From Mytilus californianus (Eukaryota): DNA of 64,000 bases. Position 1 is the first letter of the stretch. The number at the start of each line of letters is the position of its first letter. The stretch lies in contig NW_026262679.1 of assembly GCF_021869535.1 (NCBI RefSeq), positions 126,480,001-126,544,000 of the forward strand, in the 5' to 3' direction. The translations under genes were made by a program, and so were the position numbers. The notes beneath the pieces were generated by a model. The model was not told where the DNA came from. It saw nothing but the letters and a program-made list of their open reading frames with translations, and did not search any database. Shown in pieces: positions 1 to 13,181 of the stretch.

Positions 1-109
1 GCCGGTGAGATCTATAGCAAGGTATTCCACTAAAGCCAGTGAGATCTATAGCAAGGTATTCCGCTAAAGCCGGTGAGATCTATAGCAAGGTATTCCACTA
101 AAGCCGGTG
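1..109. repeat. 34-bp tandem minisatellite, at least 3 copies (cut by the window start)
   Basis: Unit gccggtgagatctatagcaaggtattccactaaa starts at 1, 35 and 69, with a partial copy at 103. Confidence 0.9.
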
Positions 110-967
110 CTTAAAATGTCTTCAGCTTTCAATGAGGTGTGAAATTTTGCTCCGTGTTGAAGGCCTCACTGATGAATACATAAATAATTTCTACAAGTTG
201 AAACAAAACCATTGCATGGTTACAAACTCTGTTGTTGGCATATTTAGATGTTGCGTTCATTCTCACCAGAAATCCTAGACCTACCTCTGATGGAGTGTGC
301 TCGTTATGACTAATTTAAAAAAAAAAATTTATCGAATATATTTACCATAGCTAAATATTGATAACTGTCCCTGAGACATTCTGTTATCTGTTTTCTAATA
401 GATCTTTGGTTCTTACTGTCAAAATTCTGTTCTACCAACTTGTGAACTAGATGTCTGGTTTCAATAACTAGACGAAATGTTAATATAAAGGTATTACAAT
501 ATAGAAATACAAATCTACATTAACTGTTAATATGCAAATTCACAAGGGGGAATATGTTTACAAAATTTACATATAAATTCTTTCTATGTGATAAATCTTT
601 GATTAAATTTTGTTTTGATGGTATAAATGGTGACAACAGATTCTGCAGTCTAGGATGGAATACTAGTGCAAACACATGTTGGTTATTCGCAACAAATCAC
701 AACAAAATAAAACAAAAACAACAATCTTAAGACTATAGAAAAATTACTTTGTTTAACTAGAGGTGAATAGCATCGCACCTGTAAGGATATCGTGTGTAAT
801 ACATTAAAAGAGGTTCGTGTTGCTCTTGTTTTAGTTTTAGGTGTAGTTCTTTGTGCTTTTATGTTTTGAATGTACCGGTAACAGTCTTGTCATGAAAAAG
901 TTGTTTCAATTTCATATTCGGTAAAGTTTCAGGGCTAGAAAATTTACATGTTTTAGTTTTCTATTAT

Positions 968-1160
968 AATAAGAAGATGTGGTATGAGTGCCAATGAGAC
1001 AACTCTCCATTCAAGTCAAAATGTATGAAAAGTTAACAATTATAGGTCTAAGTACGGCCTTCAACACGGAGCTTTGGCTTACACCGAACCGCAAGCTATA
1101 AAGGTCCCCAAAATGACTAGCGTAAAACAATTTAAACAAGAAAACCAACGGTCTAATCTA
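968..1160 (+). mobile_element. Abundant short interspersed repeat (atgtggtatgaNtgccaatgagacaact...acggccttcaac family)
   Basis: The same motif recurs at about 8413-8495 (-), 28440-28605 (-), 52267-52370 (+), 61415-61462 (-) and 62712-62780 (+). Confidence 0.75.
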
Positions 1161-1337
1161 TAGAAAAAAAAAGAGAAACGAGAAACACTTATGCTGTTTG
1201 TTGTGTACTGGTGTTTGTCTTTTGTCGTTTTTCGTTTTTTTGCCATGACACTTTCAGTTTGTTTTCGACTCATGAATATCTCTTTTGTATTTTTCGCCTC
1301 TCTTTTATAATTTCGGATAAGATTTTTAGTCATAAAT

Positions 1338-1374
1338 CTGGGACTATTATACTAAGTTAGTATAATAGTCCCAG
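1338..1374. mobile_element. 37-bp palindromic insertion with 7-bp target-site duplication CATAAAT
   Basis: CTGGGACTATTATACTAA-G-TTAGTATAATAGTCCCAG has perfect 18-bp arms. CATAAAT lies at 1331-1337 and 1375-1381. A sister copy is at 45075-45112. Confidence 0.85.
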
Positions 1375-1905
1375 CATAAATGCACATCCCATAAAAAGGT
1401 TGCCATCCTATAGATACAGGAAAAAAATCAACAAATTCATTTTTTTAATTGTCAATATGTTTGAAATACTAAAATAAATACTATGTTCTTACCCGTTACT
1501 TTCTCATCTGATGTGAAAAAAAATCCACTTGCAGAAAAAGCAAATATTGCTGCGACGCCAACCAAGAGCCCTATCACACCATGCATAGTGTATTTACATA
1601 AACTGGTATCCTATAGAATATCTGAAATTCTTACAAATATACTTGTCTTTAAATCTAAGATTCCAACTTTACAAACAATTCTTATATATTAAGAATTACA
1701 TATTTCTAGAATATAGTTTCGTTACTTTTCTACAATACGCAAAATCGTTCGGAAAATAATAAGGTCAAACTATTAAAGTGGTACATGAGTCATCCCAATG
1801 ATAACTTTTGGACATTGTATCCACACGTACATTACTTGATAATTAAGTAAAACAAATGATATAATCACTTTTAATATTGAAGAGAGGACATCCATTTTTA
1901 TCATC

Positions 1906-4900
1906 ATGAAATCGTTGTTTTTAATAAGCTTGGTAGTTGCAGCATGCAGTGCTATCGATGGTAAGATTTATGTTTTTACATCTATATATAAGAAATGGTA
2001 CTGATAAAATCGAAGATATTGTTCTTCCAATTGGTATGGAAAAAAGTAAAATAACAAAAATACCGAACTCCAAGGGAAATTCAATAAGGAAAGTCCTTTA
2101 TAAAATGGCAAAATCAAAATCTAAAACACATCTAACGAATGGAAAACAACTGTCATATTCCTGACTTGGTACAGGCATTTCCTTATGTAGAAAATGGTGG
2201 ATTTAGCCTGGAATTTTCAATACTCAGTAATATTTTATGTTCCTCTAAGTCTTTAATAAGCGTGGCTCGAACTAGAGTGTCTTGTCTTATAGCCACTGCA
2301 AACGTCTCATGCATGACCAAGCGTTGTCTTATTATATACCAGAATGTATTAGATTCACAAAGACTAAAGAAAACTTCAAGCAGATACAAAGTAATGTGAT
2401 GAGAGCCAATCATAGTCGACTAATTCAAGTTTTTAAATTATACAAAATTTGATTTTGAATTTAGTGCTTGAAATGGTATTGATACGCGGAAATTGTGTTA
2501 TTTCAGAGCATTTGTGAAATCAATTAATAAAAATGCATAAAAAAATCGATACTTAACTGTGTAGACACTATATGATAAAAAGAAATTGTTGTGAAGCTGT
2601 TCTTGGCTTCTTGGATTCTCTATTTTTGACTCTTGCTCCCATTTCACTGTATTCTTTGTATGTTTCATATAGATATGTCTCAAACTTCTTGTTTTAGATG
2701 TTTCAAATGTTCGACAGGATTTTAAAACATCAACAATAAATGCCTTAAACGAACAGATCGTGAAAGAACTCCAGGCCAGCTATATTTACAAAGCATATGT
2801 AAGTAATAATGACGTGACATCACATGTTATATAAATCGAACATCAGCACTTGTGTAGCCTTCTCTACTGGAAAAAATAGTCACATTGAATAACTAAATAA
2901 GAATCATTTCTTTATGACAAGATTCACCATAAATTTACCTTCACAGATAACATTATTGGTACGGGAGTTTTCAGTATCCAAGCTGATTAAACATCTTTTT
3001 GAGCACTTTACTCTCTCCTAACCCGGGACAGTGATACCAGCCTTGGCATTGTTTATTATATTACTTTTGCATATATTTCAGTCCCAGTACTATGCTAGAG
3101 CTGACGTATCCCTGCCTGGGTTTGCCAAGTTTTTCTCTAAAGCGTCCAAGGAAGAGTCGGAGCATGCTGAAAAACTGATGGATTACCTGAATCAGAGAGG
3201 GGGTGAAGTCAAACTACAAGATATAAAGGTATCATCCATTTCTCTTTCGATCTGTTATTTGGTTGAGAATGTTTCATTTCTATTCGTTAATCAACAAATA
3301 CACATGACTTATTATGTAGGGTTTTTTTCGCGCATAGGAAGATTTCCTGCTAAAAATTGTATCAAAAAAACCCAAAACAGTAAAAATTTTGAAAAATTTG
3401 AAAAATGCAAAAAAAAAAAATTCTGTGTCTCTCTGTCTGGCATGGAAAATTTCAAGAAAGATGGACGTTTTTTCTGAAAGTAGTTGTTCCACTAATTGTG
3501 CCATTACATTTAAAAAAAATAGTAATATATTAGACAATTATATAAGACCGTTGATATCTCTTGTTATTTTTGATAATATTTTGTTTTTGTCATTCTGTTT
3601 TATTTAATGTTTAACTCTATGATACTTTCATCTTAGTTGAATGATGTTTGTGATGTGGTGTCAGAAGAACTTGGAAAACATTCTGGTATAGAAAATTCAA
3701 GAACAAAAGCATGTGTAAGTGTAACAGTAAAATGATTCATATAGTAATATTCAGATGATAAATTGGTCTACACAAAAGACAACCTGAAGTTTGTTAAGAA
3801 ATATGCATATTAAGAAACACAGCCGGATTTGATTCACATGGTAGCTTAAAGTAGCATAAATGTGAACACCGATCATATGTGCCTGAAATTTTAAAATAGT
3901 TATTGTTTTTTTCCGAATTTAGAGCCAGCTTATTCTTGTACTTGTGTGATACGAAAGTAATACGACCACTCCTTAAAGACAAGAAGGTGAAAAATCTGCA
4001 CAATTTTACTATCAGCAATATTGAGAGAGAAAAAAATCTATCATCTCATGATCCCTTTTCACTACCATGTGGATTTTACAAGAATGTACACTGATATTGG
4101 AGCCAACAAAAGTACTTTTCATTCACACTCTATATAGTTAATTTGAGAATAATATATACTAAATAGACTATGACTCTAACTCGAAATTAACCATGATGGA
4201 CGCCTAAAAAGTAGATTGAAAGGTCAAACCCAATAATTTAAAATTTCGTGCTTTCAATTTCCAATTTTTGAAGTAGTAATATTTAATCTGCTCCAGCCTT
4301 GATTTTGATTCTAGAAGGACCTTTGCTGTATCTTTTTCACTTTTATCTCAGGTATGAAATGTTTGCTTCATAATATTATTACTTCAATTTGTATTGCAAA
4401 GGGGATGTGGAATAAATACCCCTTTTCCTATTTGGAAAATCAAAAGCAGAAAAAAAACAAACAAAACCAAACAAAATGAATAAGAAAATAAGCAAAATAT
4501 TAAGACAATATATCAGTAAAAAAGAAAGATATACATGGGACACACATACATATTTGTGAAATTGTCCCTAGTTAAGTATCATCAGAACGGAGAATTAAAA
4601 TGCCTGTATAACTTTTTCTTTTTTACAGATGTGTTACTTCATGGCAAAATCTCAAACATGGAATTTGTGTCAGGTAAGACATTTATTCTAATTTATATAT
4701 TGAATTTGTGTTTTTTAATTTAAAATTGGGTTTTATACATATCGGTCAATCTGAAGTTAAGTAATTATTTAAAGTACATGGTTTATCAATGAAAAAAAAT
4801 TGATAACATATTTATCTGTTTTACTATTTCAAGATGATAACAATGTTTTACCTTTGACCATGGAAGTAATATTCAATATTACTTCCATGCTTTGACGGAC

Positions 4901-7895
4901 AACCTTTCATTAAATCTATAATGTACTATATTGTGGCCAGGCAAGGCCCTTACTATAAATTATGCTGTGGACTACTAGTAACTTTCAGTAAGTGCGTATA
5001 CTCCTATATCGGCTGTGGTTGTCGTCGTTTGTGATGTGCCATACTTGTCTTTCGTTTATTGTTTTTATGATAAATCAGGCCGTTTGTTTTCTCTTTGAAT
5101 TGTTTCATATTTCATTATACCGTTAACTTTACGGTATGGTTTCTGCTCAATATTGATGACCGTAAGGTGACACGTAGTTGATTATTTCCTTGTCTTTTTG
5201 TCGTGGGCTGATAGTTGCCTCCTTTACAATCATACCACGTCTCCTTATTGTTACATAGATCGTGAATTTCAGTTGTAGGTTGTTCACATTCTCCAAATCA
5301 ATACAGTCAGCACATAAGGTTGTTCGTTTTTTTTTTAACAAGCAATAGTTGAAAGACCTTTTATCTTGATTATCTTATCTTGTGTTTATTATATCAAACT
5401 TATTACATATATAATGTTTATTTCTATCCTATCCAGTTTGGGTTTACCACATGTTTTATTTTTAGCATACCGAAAGGACGTGTGAGCTTTTACCATCACG
5501 AGATGTCCGTTCGGAGACTTCACATTTTAATCACGTGGTATAAATCCACTTAACCAGTAGAATCAAACTTTGATATTCATTTTTATATTTTTCCGGATCA
5601 TAATTAATCAAAGATGAGCTCTAGAGCCTATTGACAACTGAGACAAGTTTTGAAACCTGTTCTAAAACTACTTGCTTAATAAATGAAAGCAAAACTTAGT
5701 GAAAGAGGCGAAAGATATCAAAGGGACATTCAAACTTATAAGTAAAAAAAAAACTGACAATGCCATGGCAAAAAAAAAAGAAAAAGGCCAAAAAGACAAC
5801 AATACACAAATCACAACATAGAAAACTAAAGACTGAGCAACACGAACCCAAACTACAACCGGGGGTGATCTCAGGTGCTCCGGAAGGGTGATGTTTATGG
5901 CAATTTCATCTATTTCACTGCATGTTTTGAGGTATTCGAATCGTAAAATATTAAAAGTGTAAATCAAGTCAGGAATATGATAGTTGTTTTCCATTCGTTT
6001 GGGCTTTTGATTTTGCCATTTGATAAAGGACTTTCCGTTTTGAATTTTCTTTGGAGTTCGGTATTTTTATTATTTTTATTTCTTTCGAGAATGGGATTTA
6101 AATATTTTCTTTCAGTAACAGGTTTTACTAGAAAATTAGATCGATTATGATGTATTATGTCAATAATGGACACATTTCTGAAACATACTCTGTATACTGT
6201 TAGTTCGTACCATTTTATATTAATTTTTGTTATTTACTAACTATGAATCTAATTGGTAGAGAATTAAGTGGTTATTTAAGCTCGCGAATAATAGGGTGTA
6301 ATTAAGAAAGGAACTGTAATTAAGAAAGGTCGTAACAATAAAAGTTAAACACAATAAATAACCGTTAGTACATTAAACAGATACAATCCGCCCTCCCTCC
6401 GGGCTCATGGTATCTTTTAACGAACTAACGCCTATCTTTTGTATTTCATCCACTTCACCACTCGTTGTCAAATAGCTAAGGTTTTTTTTTAATTAAATGC
6501 ATTGAAAAACTAGTGTGGAGTTGAGAAAAGAGAGAGTTAAATTGATAGACAATTAGTACTTCTACAAATAAATTGGGTAACATTATCTCAATATTCTCAA
6601 GATTATCAAATCAATTTCTTGTTTAAAAGTGGTCGTTTTTTACCCTTTGCATGTACTAGTATTGTACAAAATTCTAAGGGTAAATCTTGTTTTGAGATGA
6701 CCTTTTATTACGTTGAATATTGTAGGATAGAGATGAATGGTACAATGGATTAATGGGAATGGAAGATGCTTTAGTATTAGAAAGATTTGTCAACCAGAAA
6801 TTATTAGATCTCCACAAAGCCACGGAGAGCGATGCTCATGTAGGTAGATCATGTTTGTACAGAATAAGATATTAATTGAACAAAACTAAACCTATAGGTT
6901 TTTTACTTATGGGTAAAGGATCTGGTTTCATAATCTTTATTTTTCTTTTGAAAATTTAAAAGTAAAACTATCATCAAATTTTAAAATAGCCCCAAGATGA
7001 ACCCCACAAATTAAGACAAAAACAAAACAAAGTATAAATAAAAAAAACTCATATAAAACAAAAACAAAAAACATTAAAAACTAAAAGAACAGAACATGCT
7101 CATGAAACTGTTCTCAACAAGTTTAAGTAAGGAAACAGAACTTACATCTTTTTTTTTCAAAATTAACTAAAACTTTTTAGTCCTTGAAATTGTACAGTAT
7201 ATAAATATACACCTCCGTAGTGACTTCTTTGTTTTTACAATTTTTAAAGTATCATATTCTTTTATTTCAAACAATTAAATATTCCTTGCATAAAATTTAA
7301 GTAATAAAGTTAATTTACATCAAGTAAAAAAAAAAAACACACACACAAAAAGGCAACATTATAAGTATATAGTTGTGAAGTCCATAAAGATCACTTTACA
7401 AATTACTTATGAAATATTATATAAAACACTTAATGTAATGTTATACATGTAACACCTAAAGTACTAAGAGATAAGACTTAAATAAACTATTGAATTGAAA
7501 AAAAAATTTTGCAAACTGCCAGAAATAAAGTGTCATGGGATGGAAAACACTCAGATCATTGCTGGTCATTCTTTGAATTTTCTAACTTTTTATAAATACT
7601 TAAGGACCCTTTATAAATTCAAAGTTGAAAGTCTTGGTTGATGAAGTCTTTCTATATCCTCAATGTTGTATATTCTTTTCTAGATAAAAGAACTGTTCAT
7701 AGCAAAATAAGTTTCAAGTTTTCTGTACACGTGCATTCAACAAATATCTCATTTTTTTTTCAGCTTTCCCACGTTCTGGAACATGATTTCTTAGATGAAC
7801 AAGTCCATTCCATAAAGAGCATAGGTGACACAGTGAAACAGTTGAGAAGAGTAAAGAAAGGTCTTGGAGAATATTTATTGGATGAAAAAATGTAA
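1906..7895 (+). CDS. Secreted yolk-type ferritin, 223 aa, 7 coding exons: 1906-1960, 2698-2798, 3082-3228, 3637-3714, 4629-4673, 6726-6839, 7764-7895
   Basis: All introns are GT-AG with matching phases (1,0,0,0,0,0). Protein: [223 protein letters not shown]. Ferritin motifs ELxASYxY, EExEHAEKL, NQRGG, LERxVN and FLDEQV are present, along with a hydrophobic N-terminus and a BC-loop insertion like molluscan yolk ferritin. Confidence 0.93.
5755..5890 (+). mobile_element. Interspersed repeat fragment (…aagactgagcaacacgaacc…gggggtgatctcaggtgctccggaagggt)
   Basis: A GC-richer module typical of a SINE or LINE-end repeat. A degenerate relative lies near 53370-53430 (aatcagctcaggtgctctggaaggg). Confidence 0.5.
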
Positions 7896-8727
7896 AATCG
7901 TAAACCTCTTTGTATAAATAATAGATGTATTTATTTTTGTATTTAAAACAATAGACAGAATATTATAAACTGTCTAACCAGGTTTGCGAGGAACTTCATA
8001 TATGGAAAATACTTAAAATGTGTGCTGTAATAGTTTGTTGTCAGTCAGCATTGAATTTTTGTTTGAAATTTTTGCAAATTCCATTTTTTTCTTCTGCCAT
8101 TTCAAAATTACTATTTAACTGTTTTTCATATGTATAACTGCTAAAGCTATCAGAGTTTCTGCATCAAAATACTATACTTTGTAGATCACATTAATTTTAC
8201 AGCTAGTTGTTCAAACAAAGGTTCAAAGGAATGGAAAATTTAATAGGAAACAATCTTTATAGTTTGATGGTGTAATTAAACCTTTAATAAAACATGATGA
8301 AGAAGAACTACATCTTTTGTTATTGAGCACATCAAATACTTCTATATAAATAGAGAGATGATGTCAAAGGAACATTTAAAAATCATAAGTGAAAAAAAAA
8401 AACCAAACAACGTAAGGTGACCTATAGTTGTTAACTTCTATGTCATTTGGTCTCTGGTGGAGAGTTGTATCATTGGCAATCATATCACATCTTCTAAATT
8501 TTATAACACCATGGCCAAAACGAATATGACAAAAAGACAAACAACAGTCCACAAAACCAAAGATTTAGAAGCTTCCATAGTCTGCAGTTCTCGCTCAACT
8601 AGTGAAACCCCTAATAGTCACGTTAATTGACTGATGAATGAAAAAGGTGATATGATCTGGATGCTTCAGTTCAGAAAAGTCAACTGTACTGTGATGTCAC
8701 TATGATGTCATAGACAGTATTTTACCT

Positions 8728-10584
8728 AAACTAGAGGCTCTCAAGAGCCTGTGTAGCTCACCTGATTCTACTTTGGTTTTGGAAATCATGTAAAAATAGA
8801 TTAAAATCATAACGGATACCCTAATAATGAGTGAGGCCAAATTTGGTTTAATATTGGTCCTGTAATTTGATAAAAAATCCTGGTGGCCATCTTGAACAGT
8901 AAATAGGCAACAAAGTAGCAACACTTCATCAGCACCTCATAAGAAACATTTATGCCATGTTTTGGTTTCATTCCATTCAGTTCACCTCTAGAAGAAGCAT
9001 TTGTATGTATTTCCCATAGGGTCTTATGTTAAAGGAAGTCCCCCCATTGGCGGCCATCATGGATGAAGGATCAGCTTCAAAGTAACAAAACTTAGTCAGC
9101 ACCTCATAAGGAACATTCATGCCATGTTTGGTTTCAATCCATTCAGTATGTGGTTCTCTAAAAGAAGACATTTGTATGTATTGTCCATAGGGTCCCTTGT
9201 TAAACATTGTCCCCCTCTGGCGGCCATCGTGGATGAAGGATCAGCTTCAAAGTAACAACACTTGGTCAGCACCTCAAAAGGAACATGCATGCCATGTTTG
9301 GTTTCATTCCATTCAATGGTTCTCTAAAAGAAAACATTTGTATGTATTTCTCATAGGGTCCTACGTTAAATTAAGTCCCCCCGCTGGCGGCCATCTTGGA
9401 TGATGGATCATCTTCAAAGTAACAACACTTGGTCAGCACCTCATAAGGAACATTCATGTCATGTTTGGTTTCATTCCATTCAGTGGTTCTCTAAAAGAAG
9501 ACGTTTGTATGTATTTCCCATAGGGTCCCATGTTAAACTTAGTCCCCCGCTGGCGGCCATCTTGGATTATGGATCGGCTTCAAAGTAACAACACTTCGAC
9601 AGCACCTCATAAGGAACATTCATGCTATGTTTGGTTTCATTCCATTCAGTGATTCTCTAAAAGAAGACATTTGTATGTATATCTCATAGGGTCCCATGTT
9701 AAATTGAGTCCCCTGCTGGCGGCCATCTTGGATTATGGATCAGCTTCAAAGTAACAACACTCGGTCAGCACCTCATAAGAAACATTCATGCCATGTTTGG
9801 TTTCATTCCATTCAGTGGTTCTCTAAAAGAAGACATTTGTATGTATTTCCCGTAGGGTCCAATGTTAAACTAAGTCCCCTGCTGGCGGCCATCTTGGATT
9901 ATGGATCAGCTTCTAAGTAACAACACTCGGTCAGCACCTCATAAGAAACATTCATGCCATGTTTGGTTTCATTCCATTCAGTGGTTCTCTAAAAGAAGAC
10001 ATTTGTATGTATTTCCCGTAGGGTCCAATGTTAAACTAAGTCCCCTGCTGGCGGCCATCTTGGATTATGGATCGGCTTCATAGTAACAACACTTGGTCAG
10101 CACCTCATAAGGAACATTCATGCCATGTTTGGTTTCATTCCATTCAGTGGTTCTCTAAAAGAAGACATTTGTATGTATTTCCCAAAGGGTCCCATGTTTA
10201 ACTAAGTCCCCCGCTAACGGCCATCTTGGATAATGGATCAGCTTCAAAGTAACAACACTTGGTCAGCACCTCATAAGGAACATTCATGCCATGTTTGGTT
10301 TCATTCCATTCAGTGGTTCTCTAAAAGGAGACATTTGTATGTATTTCCCATAGGGTCCTATGTTAAACAAAGTCCCCCGCTGGCGGCCATCTTGGATGAT
10401 GGATCCGCTACAAAGTAACAACACTTGGTCAGCACCTCATAAGGAACATTCATGCCATGTTTGGTTTCATTCCATTCAGTGGTTCTCTAGAAGAAGTTCA
10501 AAATGTAAAAAGTTAACGACGACGCCGGACGACGGACGCCAAGTGATGAGAAAAGCTCACTTGGCCCTTCGGGCCAGGTGAGCT
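8728..10584 (+). mobile_element. Non-autonomous Helentron-type element (HINE), family 1 copy 1, with about 10 x 166-bp internal satellite
   Basis: 5' end aaactagagg…gctcacctg (subterminal repeat). Then a 166-bp array, a GAC/GGAC microsatellite, and the 3' hairpin gctcacttggcccttcgggccaggtgagct. No TSD. Near-identical to 29453-32500. Confidence 0.85.
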
Positions 10585-13181
10585 AGAAAGGCCATTATAC
10601 ACATAGTTTTTGGCAAAATTAGTTATGAACCAGGGCCTTGCCCAAAGATATATTCACCCATGATGACATCTTTGTATAAGATATATTGTAACAAAATATC
10701 ATTTGGAGTAAAACCTTGGTTCAATATTGTAATATTGTACATTTATGTACTGGAAAAAAAATATATTCAAACTAAATTTCAAATGTTTTATTTATTTACA
10801 TTTTGTACAATATACTTAAAATCTTAAAAAATCATAACAAATTGCTGAAGAAGCACTCTTTGTGCTGTAAAAAACATCATAAAAACAAATGTAAAACCTG
10901 TTATCAACTAACAACTCTAGCTGAGTCAGCAGATATTATAAAACACTGTAAAAACTTGCTGAGTACGCACTTGCTGTGCTGTAATAAAAACAATATAAAA
11001 CTTTAATCATTAGAAATAATTGATAAATCAATCAGTTTGCAGGTGGTGCACTGAAAGCGCTACTCAATTGTGCATATCTCTGCTTTACACAAATTGTATT
11101 CAATACTATAAAATTTAATATGTAGGAATACAAAAATGTTGAAATAACCAAATGAAACTTCATCTAAACCAAAACAAAATTTTTCATTTCATTCTTTCAA
11201 GATAATGTGACAACTCATCATACATTTGGCACAAGTATCAAAAATAGCCTAAATTTTCAAGTTACCTGATAAATGACAATATGAATAAGATGAGTCCTAA
11301 CTAAAATTCGTACAAATCTCTCTTCATTCTCCTACCTGAAAACTTGGTAACTACTAATATATACTATTTCTATAAAACAATGAACACATAACAAAACAAA
11401 ATTAACTAGAGGGTGTAGAGAAACCATACTGCTCACCTGGCACTTGTTTATATATCAGTAAGTGACACAATCAGTGAAAATACTGAAGAATGATTTGATT
11501 CAGACATTATCTCTAAATATAAAAAAAGCCTCTGCAAAAAATTCTTGACAATTGATGTATAAAAAATCTTAAACCTTAGAGTCTAAACGTTAACTGCAAA
11601 AAAAAAACTAAGTTCTGTCATCAGTAAAATATGGAAAAATGAAAATATATATATTTCAAAATTTATCTGTGGAAAGCGTCTTTTGATCATAAAAAAATTC
11701 TTTCTAAGTTTCATTTAACTCGATGAAGCTTGAACAAAGTTATTGATATTTGAAAAACTTTAACTGTAAACTGTATCTTAAAGTAAACTGCAAAATAATT
11801 TAGTCCTTTTATAAATAAAATACAGAATAAATGAGAGAAAAAAAAAATTTGCTCTGAATACAGTCTTTTCATCATAAAAAAGCTTTTGTCCACGTTTTAT
11901 AAAATTCCATAAAGGTTTGAAGTAATTGATGTCTAAAAAAAACTTAAATCACAGAATAACTTTTAATGTTGACTAGGACAATGCCGTAATGTAGGACCTC
12001 TAGGTCATGCTTATGTGACAAGATGTTACAGGCTCTACAAAAATTGTGCAAAAGTAGCTATGTACCTATTCTAGTAGACTCTCCCCCAAATTTTGAGTCA
12101 GAATTTACAGATGGAATATATTTTAAATGTTCAAGGACAAAAGACAAGAGGGCAGACGACAGATGCTAAGTGATGACAAAAGGTCATTAGGACAGGCGAG
12201 TCAAAAATTTACATCTCAGATCTAAATCAACAAAAATGTACATTTCTTGTGTACAAACAATAACTTTGTATAGCTACATAACAAACAATAATAGTTATGG
12301 TCTACAAACTGTAACTGTGTATTTACATAACAAAAATGAATGTCTGATCTAAACACTAACTCTGTATATCTACATAACAAAATATCTATAACATTAGCAC
12401 CTCCTTTATTATCTCAGAAATGTACTGGCCTACCGCTTCTCTTCTATCTACAAATATGCTTTGTTTTTAAATTTCAAAGCTTCTTTGTATTCTGAATTTT
12501 CTTATATTTATATTTGCTTTTCTATATTTATCAAAAAATGTTTAAAATAACAAATAAATTTCTTGCAACCCCTCTACAAAAAATGTCTGTATCCTGCCCA
12601 ATATTTTTCATTAGGAAATAATGCTCTCTGCTTTTATACTAAATAAAAAAAAAAAAAAACTGGTAGCAAAGGCTAGTACAAATAAGTCTTCAGTAAAAAA
12701 CAATTATCGAAAGTTAGGAACTGTTCTACTTTAACAAATGATAAAATTTACAGAAGAAAAAAGTCAATAATGACCTCAAATACAGATCTATTTTTACAGA
12801 ACTATGAAAAGTGACTCTTAAAATGTTCCTTCAAAGCAGTTATACAAGTTCTATGGTGTAAAAGTAGTGATAACCCATTATGTGTATTATAAATGAGATA
12901 AACTGGATTATTTCCCTTTCTCAAATTGGTACATGTAATAAGCATACAAAATGTAAATAGATTTGACATGTGCTTTCTTTTTTCACATATCTCCTTACAA
13001 TTTGAATAAATGCTAAATGACTATTAGATCTTTTCATATTAAACAAAAATGATGTCTTTAAAAATTCACAGCATTTGACATGAATCAATATCAATCGCAT
13101 TTATAGTTTAAATTCTTTATTATTGCTCTCTTTCTTTTAGTTCTTTCTTCTCTAACTGTTTTTTTTTTGGCACTTTTTCTT

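Noticed and set aside
1941-1960. CAGTGC resembling an IRE loop in the ferritin gene
   Set aside because: It lies inside the coding signal-peptide exon, and the flanks do not form the IRE stem with a bulged C.
8931-10500. Regular repeats that could be mistaken for a CRISPR array (also the 30-35-bp arrays)
   Set aside because: Head-to-tail repeats with no unique spacers, eukaryotic context and no cas genes.
9197-10581. Series of ~61-aa ORFs (MDQLQSNNTWSAPHKEHSCHVWF…), repeated at 29922-32497
   Set aside because: Produced by the 166-bp satellite monomer, which is not a multiple of 3, so the frame shifts each unit. There are no splice signals, and the ORFs lie inside HINE elements.
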